Origin: Chloroflexota bacterium
GTDB taxonomy: Bacteria > Chloroflexota > Limnocylindria > QHBO01
DNA length: 64,000 bases
Direction of reading: 5' to 3'
NCBI GenBank assembly: GCA_038040195.1
Contig: JBBPIR010000002.1
Location: forward strand, 69,296 to 133,295
Part shown: in pieces, positions 35,720 to 45,113 of the stretch
Layout of the letters: each line of letters starts with the position of its first letter
How positions within the stretch are numbered: the first letter of the stretch is position 1
Notes under the pieces: model-generated
What the model was told of the DNA's origin: nothing
Database searches by the model: none
The model's input: only the letters and a program-made list of their open reading frames with translations
Position numbers and translations under genes: made by a program

Positions 35720-37024
35720 ATGCCGCGAACCCGGATCTCGGTGGATTCGACGGAACACGACGCCGCGCTGGAATTGGCGCGGCGTGTTGGTGAGCGGATT
35801 CGGGTTGCCCGACGACGCGCCGGCCTGACCCAGAGCCAGCTCTCCGGCGAGCGCTACACGAAGGCGTACATCAGCGCCCTGGAGACCGGGATCACGCGGC
35901 CCTCGATGGTGGCCCTCAATTACATCGCCGCGCAGCTCGGGTTGCCGGCCAGCCATTTCCTGGGCGAGGCCCACCCGACCTGGAGCCGGCTCGAGGTCGA
36001 CATGCGTCTGGCGGCCGGCGACTGGGCCGGTGCGGCCGAGGGCTACCGGTCACTCATGGAGACCGGCCTCGGCGATGTCGCTCGCGCGGAAGCATTGCGT
36101 GGGTTGGCGGAAGCTGAGGCGCGCCAGGATCGCGGGCGGGAGGCGATCGCCGCAGCGTCCGAGTCGACGCGCGTCTTCGCCAGCCTGGGCCGCACCGTGG
36201 ATGCCGCCCTGTCGCGCTATTGGCTGGCCTACGGCACCTACCTGACCGACAACGAGGCCGATGCGCGCAGCCAGCTCCAGGGCCTGCTGGCCCAGGTCCG
36301 CTCCGGGCTGCAGGTGGAGCCCGATTTCGAGATGCGCCTGCTGACCGCGCTGGCTGCCGTGGAGTCACGCGTGGGTGAGCACGACCGCTCGCTCGCCTAC
36401 CTGGAGGAAGCACGCGGTATGGCCGACGATCTCGACGATCGTCGCCGGGCGAACTTCCTGTTCAACCTCGCCATCAGCTATCGGGAGACCGGGGACATCG
36501 AGGCCGCCATTCGAGTCGGGCAGCAGGGCCTGGCCCTGTACCGAGCGGCTGGCGCCCCGTTCGAATCGGCCACCATCGAGAACGACCTGGCCATGGCCTA
36601 CCTGGCCCTGGGCAACCTGGAGCGAGCGAGCGAGCTGGCCGCCGAAGCACGCGAGCAGTTCGAGACCGTTGGAGATGATCGGTTCCTGGCAGCCGTCCTG
36701 GATACCGAGGCCCAGATCGCGCTGGCCGGGGGGTTGCACGATCGCGCCTTGGCGCTCACGGCACGTTCTCATCAACTGGCCCGGGACACCGGGAACCGGC
36801 TGGTGGAAACGTTGTCCCTGATCACCGCGGCCCGCGTCCTGCGCGCCCGCGGCGACCGAAAAGGGGCCGAGCGGCGCTATGCGGCGGCGGCCGAGTTGGC
36901 GCGCGCCGGCTCGGGTCAGGGGCGACTCCGCGACCTGCTGGGGGAGTGGGCCGACCTGCGCGCCGAGGGAGGCGACTACCAGGGCGCGTACGAGCTCACC
37001 GCCGAAGCGGTGAAAGTCAATTAG
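35720..37024 (+). CDS. XRE-family HTH transcriptional regulator with a C-terminal TPR domain (RNPP-like architecture).
   Basis: LTQSQLSGERYTKAYISALETG helix-turn-helix, then about 350 aa of TPR-like helical repeats. Confidence 0.7.
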   Translation: MPRTRISVDSTEHDAALELARRVGERIRVARRRAGLTQSQLSGERYTKAYISALETGITRPSMVALNYIAAQLGLPASHFLGEAHPTWSRLEVDMRLAAGDWAGAAEGYRSLMETGLGDVARAEALRGLAEAEARQDRGREAIAAASESTRVFASLGRTVDAALSRYWLAYGTYLTDNEADARSQLQGLLAQVRSGLQVEPDFEMRLLTALAAVESRVGEHDRSLAYLEEARGMADDLDDRRRANFLFNLAISYRETGDIEAAIRVGQQGLALYRAAGAPFESATIENDLAMAYLALGNLERASELAAEAREQFETVGDDRFLAAVLDTEAQIALAGGLHDRALALTARSHQLARDTGNRLVETLSLITAARVLRARGDRKGAERRYAAAAELARAGSGQGRLRDLLGEWADLRAEGGDYQGAYELTAEAVKVN

Positions 37025-37187
37025 GAGTTGACAGGAGCGGTTCGATGGCGTTAGGTTGAGCGCCAACGGACCGGTGTGGGCACCCGCCTTCGGCGGACCG
37101 GTTCGGACATTTGGGGGGATTGAGGGATCGGGGAATGGGCACAGCTCCCCGGTCCCTTTCTTCATGCCCGCCGAACCGCCGCTGGCG

Positions 37188-37766
37188 CTACTGCGGAACG
37201 GCGGGCTCGACCACCTCGAAGCGGCCCTGGGCGTACACCGGGCCGGCCGGGTCGAGGTAGATCCGCAGCGTGAACCTCCCATACCCGAACAGCGCGATGA
37301 GGTCCGCAGTCGTCGTCTGGTAGCCAAAGCTGGCCGGCGCCGGCAGCAGCCGTTCCGGGGTCGGTGGCTGGAGGACGACCTCCAGCCCGGCCCGATATTG
37401 GATCACCGCGACGTACACCTGGGGCACGCCCGGGTGAGTCGGGGGGTTGACGGAGTACGCGAACGGGTCGCCTTGCTTGAACTGGTCGCTCGGCTGGGTG
37501 ACCAGATACGTGTCGGGGTCCAGGTCGAAGCCGAAGGTGATCGGCAGCGGGGCCGATTGCGACGTGGGCGTCGGCTCGGATGGGAGCCCGGCCACCACCG
37601 ACGCCAGTCCGATCAGGATCAGCAGCAGGCCGATGCCGGTGACGACCGTCCAGCCATGCCGGGTCCACGATCGGCGTGGCTCCCTGGAAGACGACCGCGG
37701 CGGTCGTGGAGCCCGCGAGCCAGTGACCGTCTGGGGGACGGCCTGGGTGCGCGGTCGCCGGCTCAT
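37188..37766 (-). CDS. Hypothetical membrane-anchored protein (single TM, extracytoplasmic domain).
   Basis: WTVVTGIGLLLILIGLASVVAG helix after a basic N-terminus, then a Pro-rich linker and a about 110-aa domain. Start set at the internal ATG. Confidence 0.4.
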   Translation of the reverse strand: MSRRPRTQAVPQTVTGSRAPRPPRSSSREPRRSWTRHGWTVVTGIGLLLILIGLASVVAGLPSEPTPTSQSAPLPITFGFDLDPDTYLVTQPSDQFKQGDPFAYSVNPPTHPGVPQVYVAVIQYRAGLEVVLQPPTPERLLPAPASFGYQTTTADLIALFGYGRFTLRIYLDPAGPVYAQGRFEVVEPAVPQ

Positions 37767-37806
37767 GGGCCGACACTCTACGCGGACTGACAGGTAGCAT
37801 CTCGCC

Positions 37807-38376
37807 GTGCCCGATCCCGACCTGGACCTGCCCATCCACGTTGACTGGGTGGACGCCGGGCTGCTGGGTGACGGCCTGCGCGGCCGTCTGGGACTGACCA
37901 TCCTGCCGGGCAAGCGGGGCAAATCGGTCCGATACCCGGGGCTCGTCTACCGGCGTGACACGCGGACCGATCTCGCGCGCCTGCGCGAGCTGGGCGTCGG
38001 ATTCCTGGCCCTGCTGGTGGACGACTATGAGCTCGCCCGATGGGGCGACCCGGGCCTGGTTGAGCAGGCCACCGCGGCCGGGATCAGGGTTCGTCGCCTG
38101 CCGATCCCGGACGGGGAGGCCCCGCCATCGCTGACGAGCGTGGATGAACTGCTGGCGGAGATCGCGGTGGCCCGGGAGACGTCGGACGCGGTGGTGGCCT
38201 GCATGGGGGGCGTGGGGCGGTCGGCGACGGTCGCCGCCTGTGCCCTGGCTGCCGCCGGGCTGTCCCCCGATCGGGCTATTGCCCACCTGCGGGAGGTTCG
38301 ACACCCTACCGCGGTCGAAACACCGCACCAGGCGGCCTTTGTGGCCGCCTACGCTGCGCATAGGGAGAACGGATGA
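37807..38376 (+). CDS. Cys-based protein-tyrosine / dual-specificity phosphatase.
   Basis: VACMGGVGRSAT matches the CX5R(S/T) P-loop. Confidence 0.7.
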   Translation: MPDPDLDLPIHVDWVDAGLLGDGLRGRLGLTILPGKRGKSVRYPGLVYRRDTRTDLARLRELGVGFLALLVDDYELARWGDPGLVEQATAAGIRVRRLPIPDGEAPPSLTSVDELLAEIAVARETSDAVVACMGGVGRSATVAACALAAAGLSPDRAIAHLREVRHPTAVETPHQAAFVAAYAAHRENG

Positions 38377-39233
38377 CCGATCGCTGGGTCTGTGCCCGCT
38401 GCTTCACCTCGGCGGAGGAGTCCGCCACCGTGTGCCCCAACTGCGGGCTGGCGCGGGGAGGGTCTCCCGAAAACGCCGCCGGCGAGGCCCCGCCCAGCGC
38501 TACTGCCGCGCCCAGCGCTACTGCCGCGCCCAGCGCTGACGTTTCCCCCGCGCCGCCACCGGTCCCAAGCCCAGGGTGGGGAGCGGAGGAACGCTGGGTC
38601 TGTCGGCGCTGCTTCTCCTCGAACGATGGGACCGCCACGGCGTGCGCAAACTGTGGGCAGATGCGCGACGCAGGCGCGTCTCCCGACGCCGCGGACGGGT
38701 GGACCGGCGGGGCGCCCGCACAGCCGGCCGGGGGGCAGGGCCGCCAGTTTCCCTGGCGACTCGTCATCTACGGCGTCATCGCCCTGGTTGTCATCGGGGG
38801 GTCGGTCTTGTTCGCGGCTCGCCGGGGCGACAGCGGCGAGATCGTTGACGCCGGGAACCTGAGCGTCTTCGACCTCCAGGAGGGTGACTGCTTCGACGCG
38901 GGCCTCAATTCCAGTCAGGTCACCGAGATCTCGGAGGTGCATGCCCTTCCGTGCGCGGAGCCGCATGTGTACGAGATGTTCTCGGTCGCGGACTACCCTG
39001 CCGGCGAGTCTCCCTCCGCGGCCGACGAGGACTACACAGCGTGGGAGAGGGACAACTGTCTCGGCCAGTTCGAGGCGTACGTTGGCCTCGACTACGACTC
39101 CTCGATGTACTACATCAGCGCCCTGATTCCGACCGACTCCTCTTGGGCGCAAGGGGACCGCACGTTGATGTGCTTCCTCCATACCGATGGGGAATCGGCG
39201 CTCACCGGTTCGGCACACGGCGCGGCGCAGTAA
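38373..39233 (+). CDS. Membrane protein: two N-terminal zinc-ribbon repeats, a TM helix and an extracytoplasmic septum-formation-family domain.
   Basis: WVCARCF...CPNCG and WVCRRCF...CANCG. TM helix LVIYGVIALVVIGG. GDCFD...LPCAEPHVYE matches the septum_form domain pattern. Confidence 0.6.
   Translation: MTDRWVCARCFTSAEESATVCPNCGLARGGSPENAAGEAPPSATAAPSATAAPSADVSPAPPPVPSPGWGAEERWVCRRCFSSNDGTATACANCGQMRDAGASPDAADGWTGGAPAQPAGGQGRQFPWRLVIYGVIALVVIGGSVLFAARRGDSGEIVDAGNLSVFDLQEGDCFDAGLNSSQVTEISEVHALPCAEPHVYEMFSVADYPAGESPSAADEDYTAWERDNCLGQFEAYVGLDYDSSMYYISALIPTDSSWAQGDRTLMCFLHTDGESALTGSAHGAAQ
38493..38537 (+). repeat. 18-bp tandem repeat (2.5 copies) inside the zinc-ribbon/septum-formation gene.
   Basis: cccagcgctactgccgcg x2, then cccagcgct. 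Encodes the PSATAA-PSATAA linker. Confidence 0.9.
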
Positions 39234-39255
39234 GTTCAGCTGGGCAGAGGAAGGT

Positions 39256-42200
39256 TCAGCCCGAAGCCAGCTCCGCGAAGCGTGCCAGGGCGTTGGCCAG
39301 GCGCATCTGATCGGGCGTTCGGGCCCGGACACGGAGCAGGCTGGGCGAAGCGACCAGCACCGCGACGCAGCGCGCCCGCGAAGTTGCCACGTTGAGCCGA
39401 TGCCCGCTGTACAGGAAGCCCATCCCGCGCGGCGCGTCCTCGGCGGATGACGAGGCCATGCTGTAGATCGAGATCGGCGCCTCCTGGCCCTGGAACTTGT
39501 CCACCGTGCCCACCCGCGCCTGGGGCAGGAGACGCGCGATGGCGCCAACCTGGGCGTTGTAGGCGGCCACGATAACGATCTGCGACCAGTCCACCGGCCG
39601 CTCGTGGCCGTGCTGGTCGATCCATGTTGCGCCCCCGTCGACCAGAGCCTCAGCCAGGTCGGCCACGACCCGTGCTTCCTCCACCGAGGCGTTGTCGTTC
39701 GCCTCGTGCACGACCGCCACCAGCCGCGGGCCGGTGCCCGAGGTGGGATCCGGTCCGCGCAGGTCTTGACCGATGAGTTGTGGCTCGGGCTCGAGCCGCC
39801 CTTCGTAGAAGACCTCCGAGGTGTACGCGCACAGGTCCGGGTGAAGCCGCCAGGTCGTTTCCAGGAACAGGCCCAGATCGTCGGGCATGGTGGCCGACGT
39901 GCCGAGGAGGTGTGCCAATGCCGATCGATCCGCGCCTGGCGGATGCGCGCCCTGAAGCGGCTGATCGAGTTGCTGCGGGTCGCCCAGCAGGACCAGGGAC
40001 GACCCGCCGGACGCGGCCGCCAACGTGTTGGCCAGCGACATCTGTCCCGCCTCGTCTACGAACAGCACGTCGACGGCTCCAACCATGTCGTCGCGGGCCC
40101 ACAGCCACGCCGTTCCGGCGGCCACGGCCGCGGTGCGGGCATGGAGTGCGGTGCGCACCTCGGCGTTGTCCGTTGTGACGCGCACCGACCGATGGTCGAA
40201 GCCGTCCTCGTCATCGGTCACCTTCTGGATGATCCCGATCTCGACCCCGGCTTTGTCGGCGGCCTCGGTGAGCTGGGCGAGAAAATTCCCGATCACCCTG
40301 TGGCTGTTGGCGGTGATGCCGACGCGCCGCCCTTGGCGGACGAGGTCGAGCGCCATATGCGCTCCGCTGTACGTCTTGCCCGATCCGGGCGGCCCCTGGA
40401 TTGCGAGGGTTGAGCGGTCCACGGCCAGCGCCAACCGACGAGCGGCCTTGAGGTCTGTCTCCCCCGGCTGGCGAAGCGAGCCGCCCGTTGGCTGGCCGAC
40501 CCGGGGCGGACGGCGAAGGAGCAGGTCGCAGGCAGCCCGATGGGGTCCGTCGGCACCCAGGCCGTGGTCGGCGACCCATTCCCCGAGCCGCATTAGCGCG
40601 TTCTCCATCACGCCGGCGCCGTAGCGGTCGAAAGGAACCAGAGCGGTGGGATGCGGATCCGATCGACTCTTGGCCCGCTTGAGGTCAATGGTGCGCCCGG
40701 CCTCATCGATGGCCACCACTTTGCCCGCGTCACGCCCCGTGGCCGGGTCGACAACGCCGTGGCCCTCCCTCACGTCGTACTCCTGGTCCGGGAACCAATA
40801 TCGGTGCACCAGCGACTTCTTGACCGTGTCCACGATGCCGACGTACTCGAGCCCGGCAAGCGGCTCGCTGGCCTCGATGCGCTCGGCATCGGTCATCCCC
40901 ATGAGGTGGTAGTAGAGCCACCACACGCTCTTGTCCTCGCGACGGTGCCAGGACAGCAGCTGGGCCAGGAGCCAGCGCGCCTGCTGGTCCGGGTCGCGCC
41001 CAATTTCGGGGACCCCGGCCGTCAGCCGGCCGGCCAGGGCGGCGACCTGTTCCTGGCGCGCACTGAGCTCCTGTCCGGGGTCCGGCTCGCGGGGACCGGG
41101 ACGGGGGACCGCATGCCCGGCCAGAGACTCGAGTTCGAGGCGGCGTTCCTCCAGCCACTCTCGCAGGCGGCGTGTGCTCACGACATCGTCGCGGTTGTAG
41201 CCCTCGATCCGCTGGAGGTGATCGGCCGCCGGGCGCTCACCTTCGTTCAGCTCCAGCCACTGCTCGAAAGCCACGATGCTCGACCCCGCGTCTCGCAGGT
41301 CGACGCTTCGGGTGAAGCCGTAGATGGGTTCGAGGTGCTTCAGGCCATAGCTCTCGACCGAGGCCCGCAGGCTCTGCCGGACGACCCGATGGAGGTCGAC
41401 CAGGGCACCGCCGCGGAGTAGGCGGTCCACCTCGTCCTCCCGGGTGGCGTGGCGACCCATGAGCCGCTTCAGCGCGGTCGGCTCGTACGGGGCGAAGTGG
41501 TAGATGTGGGCATCGGGGTATTGCCACAACCGGGCCGCAAACAGGTCCATGACGGATTCGAAGGCGCCCTTCTCGCCGGTGGCGCTGAAGTCGCCGTTCG
41601 CGTCGGCCGACCATGTCGCCTGCCAAGTGCCGTCGAGGTCCATCACCCCGAAGAGGTACTCGAGCCCGTCTTCGGCCGCGTACGGGTCTCCTTCGATGTC
41701 GAAGAACAGGTCGCCCGGTGACGGCACGGGAAGCGACGCCAGGCCGAGCTCGGATGGGATCGGCTCACCGGTGGGCGGCTGGAACAGCTCGTACTGGAGC
41801 CGGCCCTGCAACCGTCCCTCCAGCTGAATGCGGGCTTGTTCGCGGACACGCTCGAGGGCTGCCGCGCTGGTGCCTTCCAGGTGCGGGCTGACGGGGACCG
41901 GGAGCGTACCCAGCGCTTCCAGGGTGTCGACTCCGCGGCCCTGGAGGCTGCGCCGCTGGCGAGCACTGATCCCGGCCACCAGGCTGAGATGGTCGTCCGC
42001 CCGGCGCCGAGCCTGGCAGTCCAGCCGCCAACGGCAGACGTCGCAATGCTCGACCGGATCAGGGTAGGTGGCGCTCGGCGGATACGCCGCCGGCGCGGCC
42101 GCCGGCCCCACCGAGTCCTCGAAGCGCTGCCGCGCGGCGCGGTAGTACGCCATGAAGTCAGCCACCCGCAGGGTTCGCTGCCCGCCAGCCGAGCCACCCA

Positions 42201-42738
42201 GGACGACGTGCAGCCACTCCGGCTCCACGCCCTGGATGGCGGCCAGCAGGTCGATGTAGGTGCAGATCTGCAGGACCGCGCCCGCCTTGACGTGGCGGGC
42301 CAGCTTGGTATCCGCGACCTCGTAGTGGTAGGCGCCCCAGTGGCTGGGTCGGCCTCTGCTCTCCACCCGGAGCAGGAAATCGGCATGGCCTCGCCAGCGG
42401 CCGTCGAAGAACGTGGCCTGGTAGATCACGTCCGCGCCCGCGGTCATTGCCGTCGTCGTTTCCTCTGCGGCCGCCCGCAGCTCGGCGCCGTGGTCCTGGC
42501 TGGACCCGTCGCGAGCGATCTCCACGACGCTCCGCCCGTCGGCCCGGAGGAGGTCCAGGTAGCGCCGTTCGTGCAGCTCGCCGCGACGCCGCAGGACGTC
42601 CAGCTCCGGGTCGTCCAGCACGGGGCGTGCGACCAGCCCGGCGAGGGCGGCCCGTTCCAGGGCGGTGAGGTGCTCGCACTCCAGAAAGCCGACAAGGTCG
42701 CTGGCCGAGTAGACCGGCGCTCCGTCGATCAGCTGCAC
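39256..42738 (-). CDS. TM0106-family RecB-like nuclease + RNase H-like domain fused to a C-terminal SF1 (DNA2/UPF1-like) helicase.
   Basis: N-terminal YHYEVADTK PD-(D/E)xK motif. Cys cluster HCDVCRWRLDC. DLFFDIEGDPY matches a YprB-like domain. Walker A GPPGSGKT, DEAGQ and C-terminal helicase motifs. 1160 aa. Confidence 0.8.
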   Translation of the reverse strand: MQLIDGAPVYSASDLVGFLECEHLTALERAALAGLVARPVLDDPELDVLRRRGELHERRYLDLLRADGRSVVEIARDGSSQDHGAELRAAAEETTTAMTAGADVIYQATFFDGRWRGHADFLLRVESRGRPSHWGAYHYEVADTKLARHVKAGAVLQICTYIDLLAAIQGVEPEWLHVVLGGSAGGQRTLRVADFMAYYRAARQRFEDSVGPAAAPAAYPPSATYPDPVEHCDVCRWRLDCQARRRADDHLSLVAGISARQRRSLQGRGVDTLEALGTLPVPVSPHLEGTSAAALERVREQARIQLEGRLQGRLQYELFQPPTGEPIPSELGLASLPVPSPGDLFFDIEGDPYAAEDGLEYLFGVMDLDGTWQATWSADANGDFSATGEKGAFESVMDLFAARLWQYPDAHIYHFAPYEPTALKRLMGRHATREDEVDRLLRGGALVDLHRVVRQSLRASVESYGLKHLEPIYGFTRSVDLRDAGSSIVAFEQWLELNEGERPAADHLQRIEGYNRDDVVSTRRLREWLEERRLELESLAGHAVPRPGPREPDPGQELSARQEQVAALAGRLTAGVPEIGRDPDQQARWLLAQLLSWHRREDKSVWWLYYHLMGMTDAERIEASEPLAGLEYVGIVDTVKKSLVHRYWFPDQEYDVREGHGVVDPATGRDAGKVVAIDEAGRTIDLKRAKSRSDPHPTALVPFDRYGAGVMENALMRLGEWVADHGLGADGPHRAACDLLLRRPPRVGQPTGGSLRQPGETDLKAARRLALAVDRSTLAIQGPPGSGKTYSGAHMALDLVRQGRRVGITANSHRVIGNFLAQLTEAADKAGVEIGIIQKVTDDEDGFDHRSVRVTTDNAEVRTALHARTAAVAAGTAWLWARDDMVGAVDVLFVDEAGQMSLANTLAAASGGSSLVLLGDPQQLDQPLQGAHPPGADRSALAHLLGTSATMPDDLGLFLETTWRLHPDLCAYTSEVFYEGRLEPEPQLIGQDLRGPDPTSGTGPRLVAVVHEANDNASVEEARVVADLAEALVDGGATWIDQHGHERPVDWSQIVIVAAYNAQVGAIARLLPQARVGTVDKFQGQEAPISIYSMASSSAEDAPRGMGFLYSGHRLNVATSRARCVAVLVASPSLLRVRARTPDQMRLANALARFAELASG

Positions 42739-42754
42739 GCGGCGACCCTGCTGC

Positions 42755-43336
42755 TCACTTCGCGGTACGTCGGAAGCTGGCCAGCCAAGCCTGGGCCCCG
42801 CCCTGGCCGAGCCGGGTCTCGAACTGGACCGCCACGATGGAATCGGTCTGCCAATCGTCGGCGAAGGTGGCTTGAAGCTCGGCTTGGGTCACGCGCCGCG
42901 GACCCCACCCGGTCGGCTCGGCCTCGGAGAAGCACATGATGTGCAGCCCGCTGTCCGGCGCGCTGAGCGCGCGCATGCTGGCTGCATAGCGGGGCCGGTC
43001 CTCGTCGGGCAGGGTGTGGAAGCAGCCGCAGTCGATCAGGGTGTCGAACGTCCGGCCCACCGCGCCCGGATCGAGCGCGTCCGCGGCCAGGAACACGACC
43101 GGCAGGCGCCGGGCGTGGGATTTCACCATCGCGCGCTCGATGGCCACATTCGACACGTCGATGCCCCAGACCTCGTGACCTCGCTCGGCCAGGTAGAGCG
43201 CGTTCTCGCCGGTCCCGCAACCGACGTCCAGGACGCTGACGCCCACGCGCCCGGCCGCGTCGAGGTCCATGAGCGCCCGCTGCGGGCGGCCGATGTCCCA
43301 CGGCGGTTGCCCCCGATACGCGTCGTCCCAGGTCAT
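42755..43336 (-). CDS. Class I SAM-dependent methyltransferase (small-molecule type).
   Basis: VLDVGCGTGENALYLA motif I. 193 aa. Confidence 0.8.
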   Translation of the reverse strand: MTWDDAYRGQPPWDIGRPQRALMDLDAAGRVGVSVLDVGCGTGENALYLAERGHEVWGIDVSNVAIERAMVKSHARRLPVVFLAADALDPGAVGRTFDTLIDCGCFHTLPDEDRPRYAASMRALSAPDSGLHIMCFSEAEPTGWGPRRVTQAELQATFADDWQTDSIVAVQFETRLGQGGAQAWLASFRRTAK

Positions 43337-43427
43337 GAGCCCAGTCTAGAACCGGCCACCCCGCCGCTGCGGACGCGTCGCGGACCTGCCATTCTTAGTC
43401 GTCACCGTCGCGCAAAGGAGTGCCTCC

Positions 43428-44081
43428 ATGGATCTGATCGAACGCATCGACGCCCTCATCCAGGACCGTCATCTGCTGTCCCATCCGTTCTATACCCGCT
43501 GGCGCGAGGGAACGCTGCCAGTCGAGGCCATCCAGGAGTACACGCGCCAGTACTACGCGTTCGAATCCGCCTTCCCGCGCCTGCTGTCAGCCATCCACAG
43601 CCGGACTGAAGACCCCGTGGTGCGGCAGTCGATCCTCGACAACCTATGGGACGAGGAGCACGGCGAGGTCAATCACGCCGAGCTGTGGCTGCGCTTTGCC
43701 GAGGGCATGGGCGTCGAGCGCGACGAGGTGCGCGGCGCCGAGGCCAACGCCGGGACCCGGGCACTGATGGAGACCTACTGGGGCCTGGCCACTGATGGCT
43801 CGCCGGCCGCCGGCATCGCGGCCCTGTACGCCTACGAGGCCCAGGTCCCCGAGGTGGCGGCCGAGAAGATCAACGGCCTTCGTGAGCGGTACGGCATTGA
43901 CGACGATCGGACGCTGGCCTTCTTCACGGTCCATTCGACCCTCGACCTCGTGCATTCCGGGGCCGAGCGCGACGCGATCCGCCGCACGACCGAAACCGAA
44001 CCCGAATCCGATGCCGCGCTGGCGGCCACGTCCCGGGCCCTCGATGCGTGGTGGGGCTTCCTGGACGCGGTGAACGTCTGA
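43428..44081 (+). CDS. TenA/PqqC-like (heme-oxygenase-like fold) protein.
   Basis: HPFYTRWREGTL...YTRQYYAFESAFP pattern typical of the PqqC/CADD/TenA family. Confidence 0.6.
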   Translation: MDLIERIDALIQDRHLLSHPFYTRWREGTLPVEAIQEYTRQYYAFESAFPRLLSAIHSRTEDPVVRQSILDNLWDEEHGEVNHAELWLRFAEGMGVERDEVRGAEANAGTRALMETYWGLATDGSPAAGIAALYAYEAQVPEVAAEKINGLRERYGIDDDRTLAFFTVHSTLDLVHSGAERDAIRRTTETEPESDAALAATSRALDAWWGFLDAVNV

Positions 44082-44092
44082 CCCGAGATCTC

Positions 44093-44515
44093 ATGCGGAA
44101 GGCCGAGTTCGGCTTTCCGGGCACGGCGCTGCGACGGGAATTGGTCGATGCGATCCTGCGAGGGGAGAAGACGGCCACGGCCGGCCTGCTGGTGGATCTC
44201 GAACGCGAGGGCGAGGCACTCGCCACGCCCGGGGAGCGGCAGGTCGTGGTCGACGTTGACGACCGGGCGGTGGCGGTCATCGAGCTGACCGAGGTCACGG
44301 TGCGCCGGATGTCGGACGTCGACCTCCCATTCGCCAAAGACGAAGGAGAGGGATTCGAGACCGTTGCGGCGTGGCGAGACGCCCACGAGCGGTTCTTCGG
44401 GAGCTACCTGGATGAGATCCGGATCGGTCTGTCCGATCCGGAATGGCGGCTGACTGACGACACGCTCGTGGTGTGCGAGCGGTTCCGCGTTGTCGAGCGG
44501 CTCGCCGCGCCTTGA
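44093..44515 (+). CDS. ASCH domain protein.
   Basis: FGFPGTALRRELVDAILRGEKTAT ASCH N-terminal motif. The start is the ATG at 44093. Confidence 0.6.
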   Translation: MRKAEFGFPGTALRRELVDAILRGEKTATAGLLVDLEREGEALATPGERQVVVDVDDRAVAVIELTEVTVRRMSDVDLPFAKDEGEGFETVAAWRDAHERFFGSYLDEIRIGLSDPEWRLTDDTLVVCERFRVVERLAAP

Positions 44516-44533
44516 GATTTGGCCAATTCTCAT

Positions 44534-45061
44534 TCAGCCCGTGGGCAGCTCCTGCAACCAGGACGCGATCCGGTCCAGCGCGTCCTCGCGCACCGCGTTG
44601 AGCCCGTGGCCCAGGCGCGGGTAGGTCACCAGCTGAGCGTGCGGCAGGCGCGGCACGACCTCGCGCAGGAGTGCGATCCTGGCGAACGGGTCCGACTCGC
44701 CGCTCAGAAGCAGGACCGGGCACACGATCCGGGGCCAGTGCGCGATCCGGGCGTCCACCGTCTCGGGGTGGCCGGGCCGATGGAGCGGATACGACAGGAG
44801 GACGAGGCCCGCCGGGGCCTGGTCGGCGGCGATCAGGCTCGCCACCCGGCCGCCGAACGAGTGGCCGCCGATGACCGTCGCCGGCCCGGGCTCCACGGCC
44901 GTGCGATACGCGGGAATGGCCCGTTCCGCCGTCGAGCGAGGGAGCTGGACCGGCGTCGCCTCGAAACCGCGATCGCGCAAGCCATCGGTCCACGGCCGCA
45001 TCGAGGCCGCGGAGCCTGACGCACCGTGGCCCAGGAAGACGTGGAGCGCTGATGGGCGCAT
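44534..45061 (-). CDS. Alpha/beta hydrolase (short, dienelactone hydrolase-like).
   Basis: GHSFGG nucleophile elbow. Only the C-terminal 175 codons of the provided 412-aa ORF look coding. Confidence 0.6.
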   Translation of the reverse strand: MRPSALHVFLGHGASGSAASMRPWTDGLRDRGFEATPVQLPRSTAERAIPAYRTAVEPGPATVIGGHSFGGRVASLIAADQAPAGLVLLSYPLHRPGHPETVDARIAHWPRIVCPVLLLSGESDPFARIALLREVVPRLPHAQLVTYPRLGHGLNAVREDALDRIASWLQELPTG

Positions 45062-45113
45062 CGGGGCATTGTGGGCGACATGGCGGTACTCTGATCGGGT
45101 GACAGGCGGGCCG

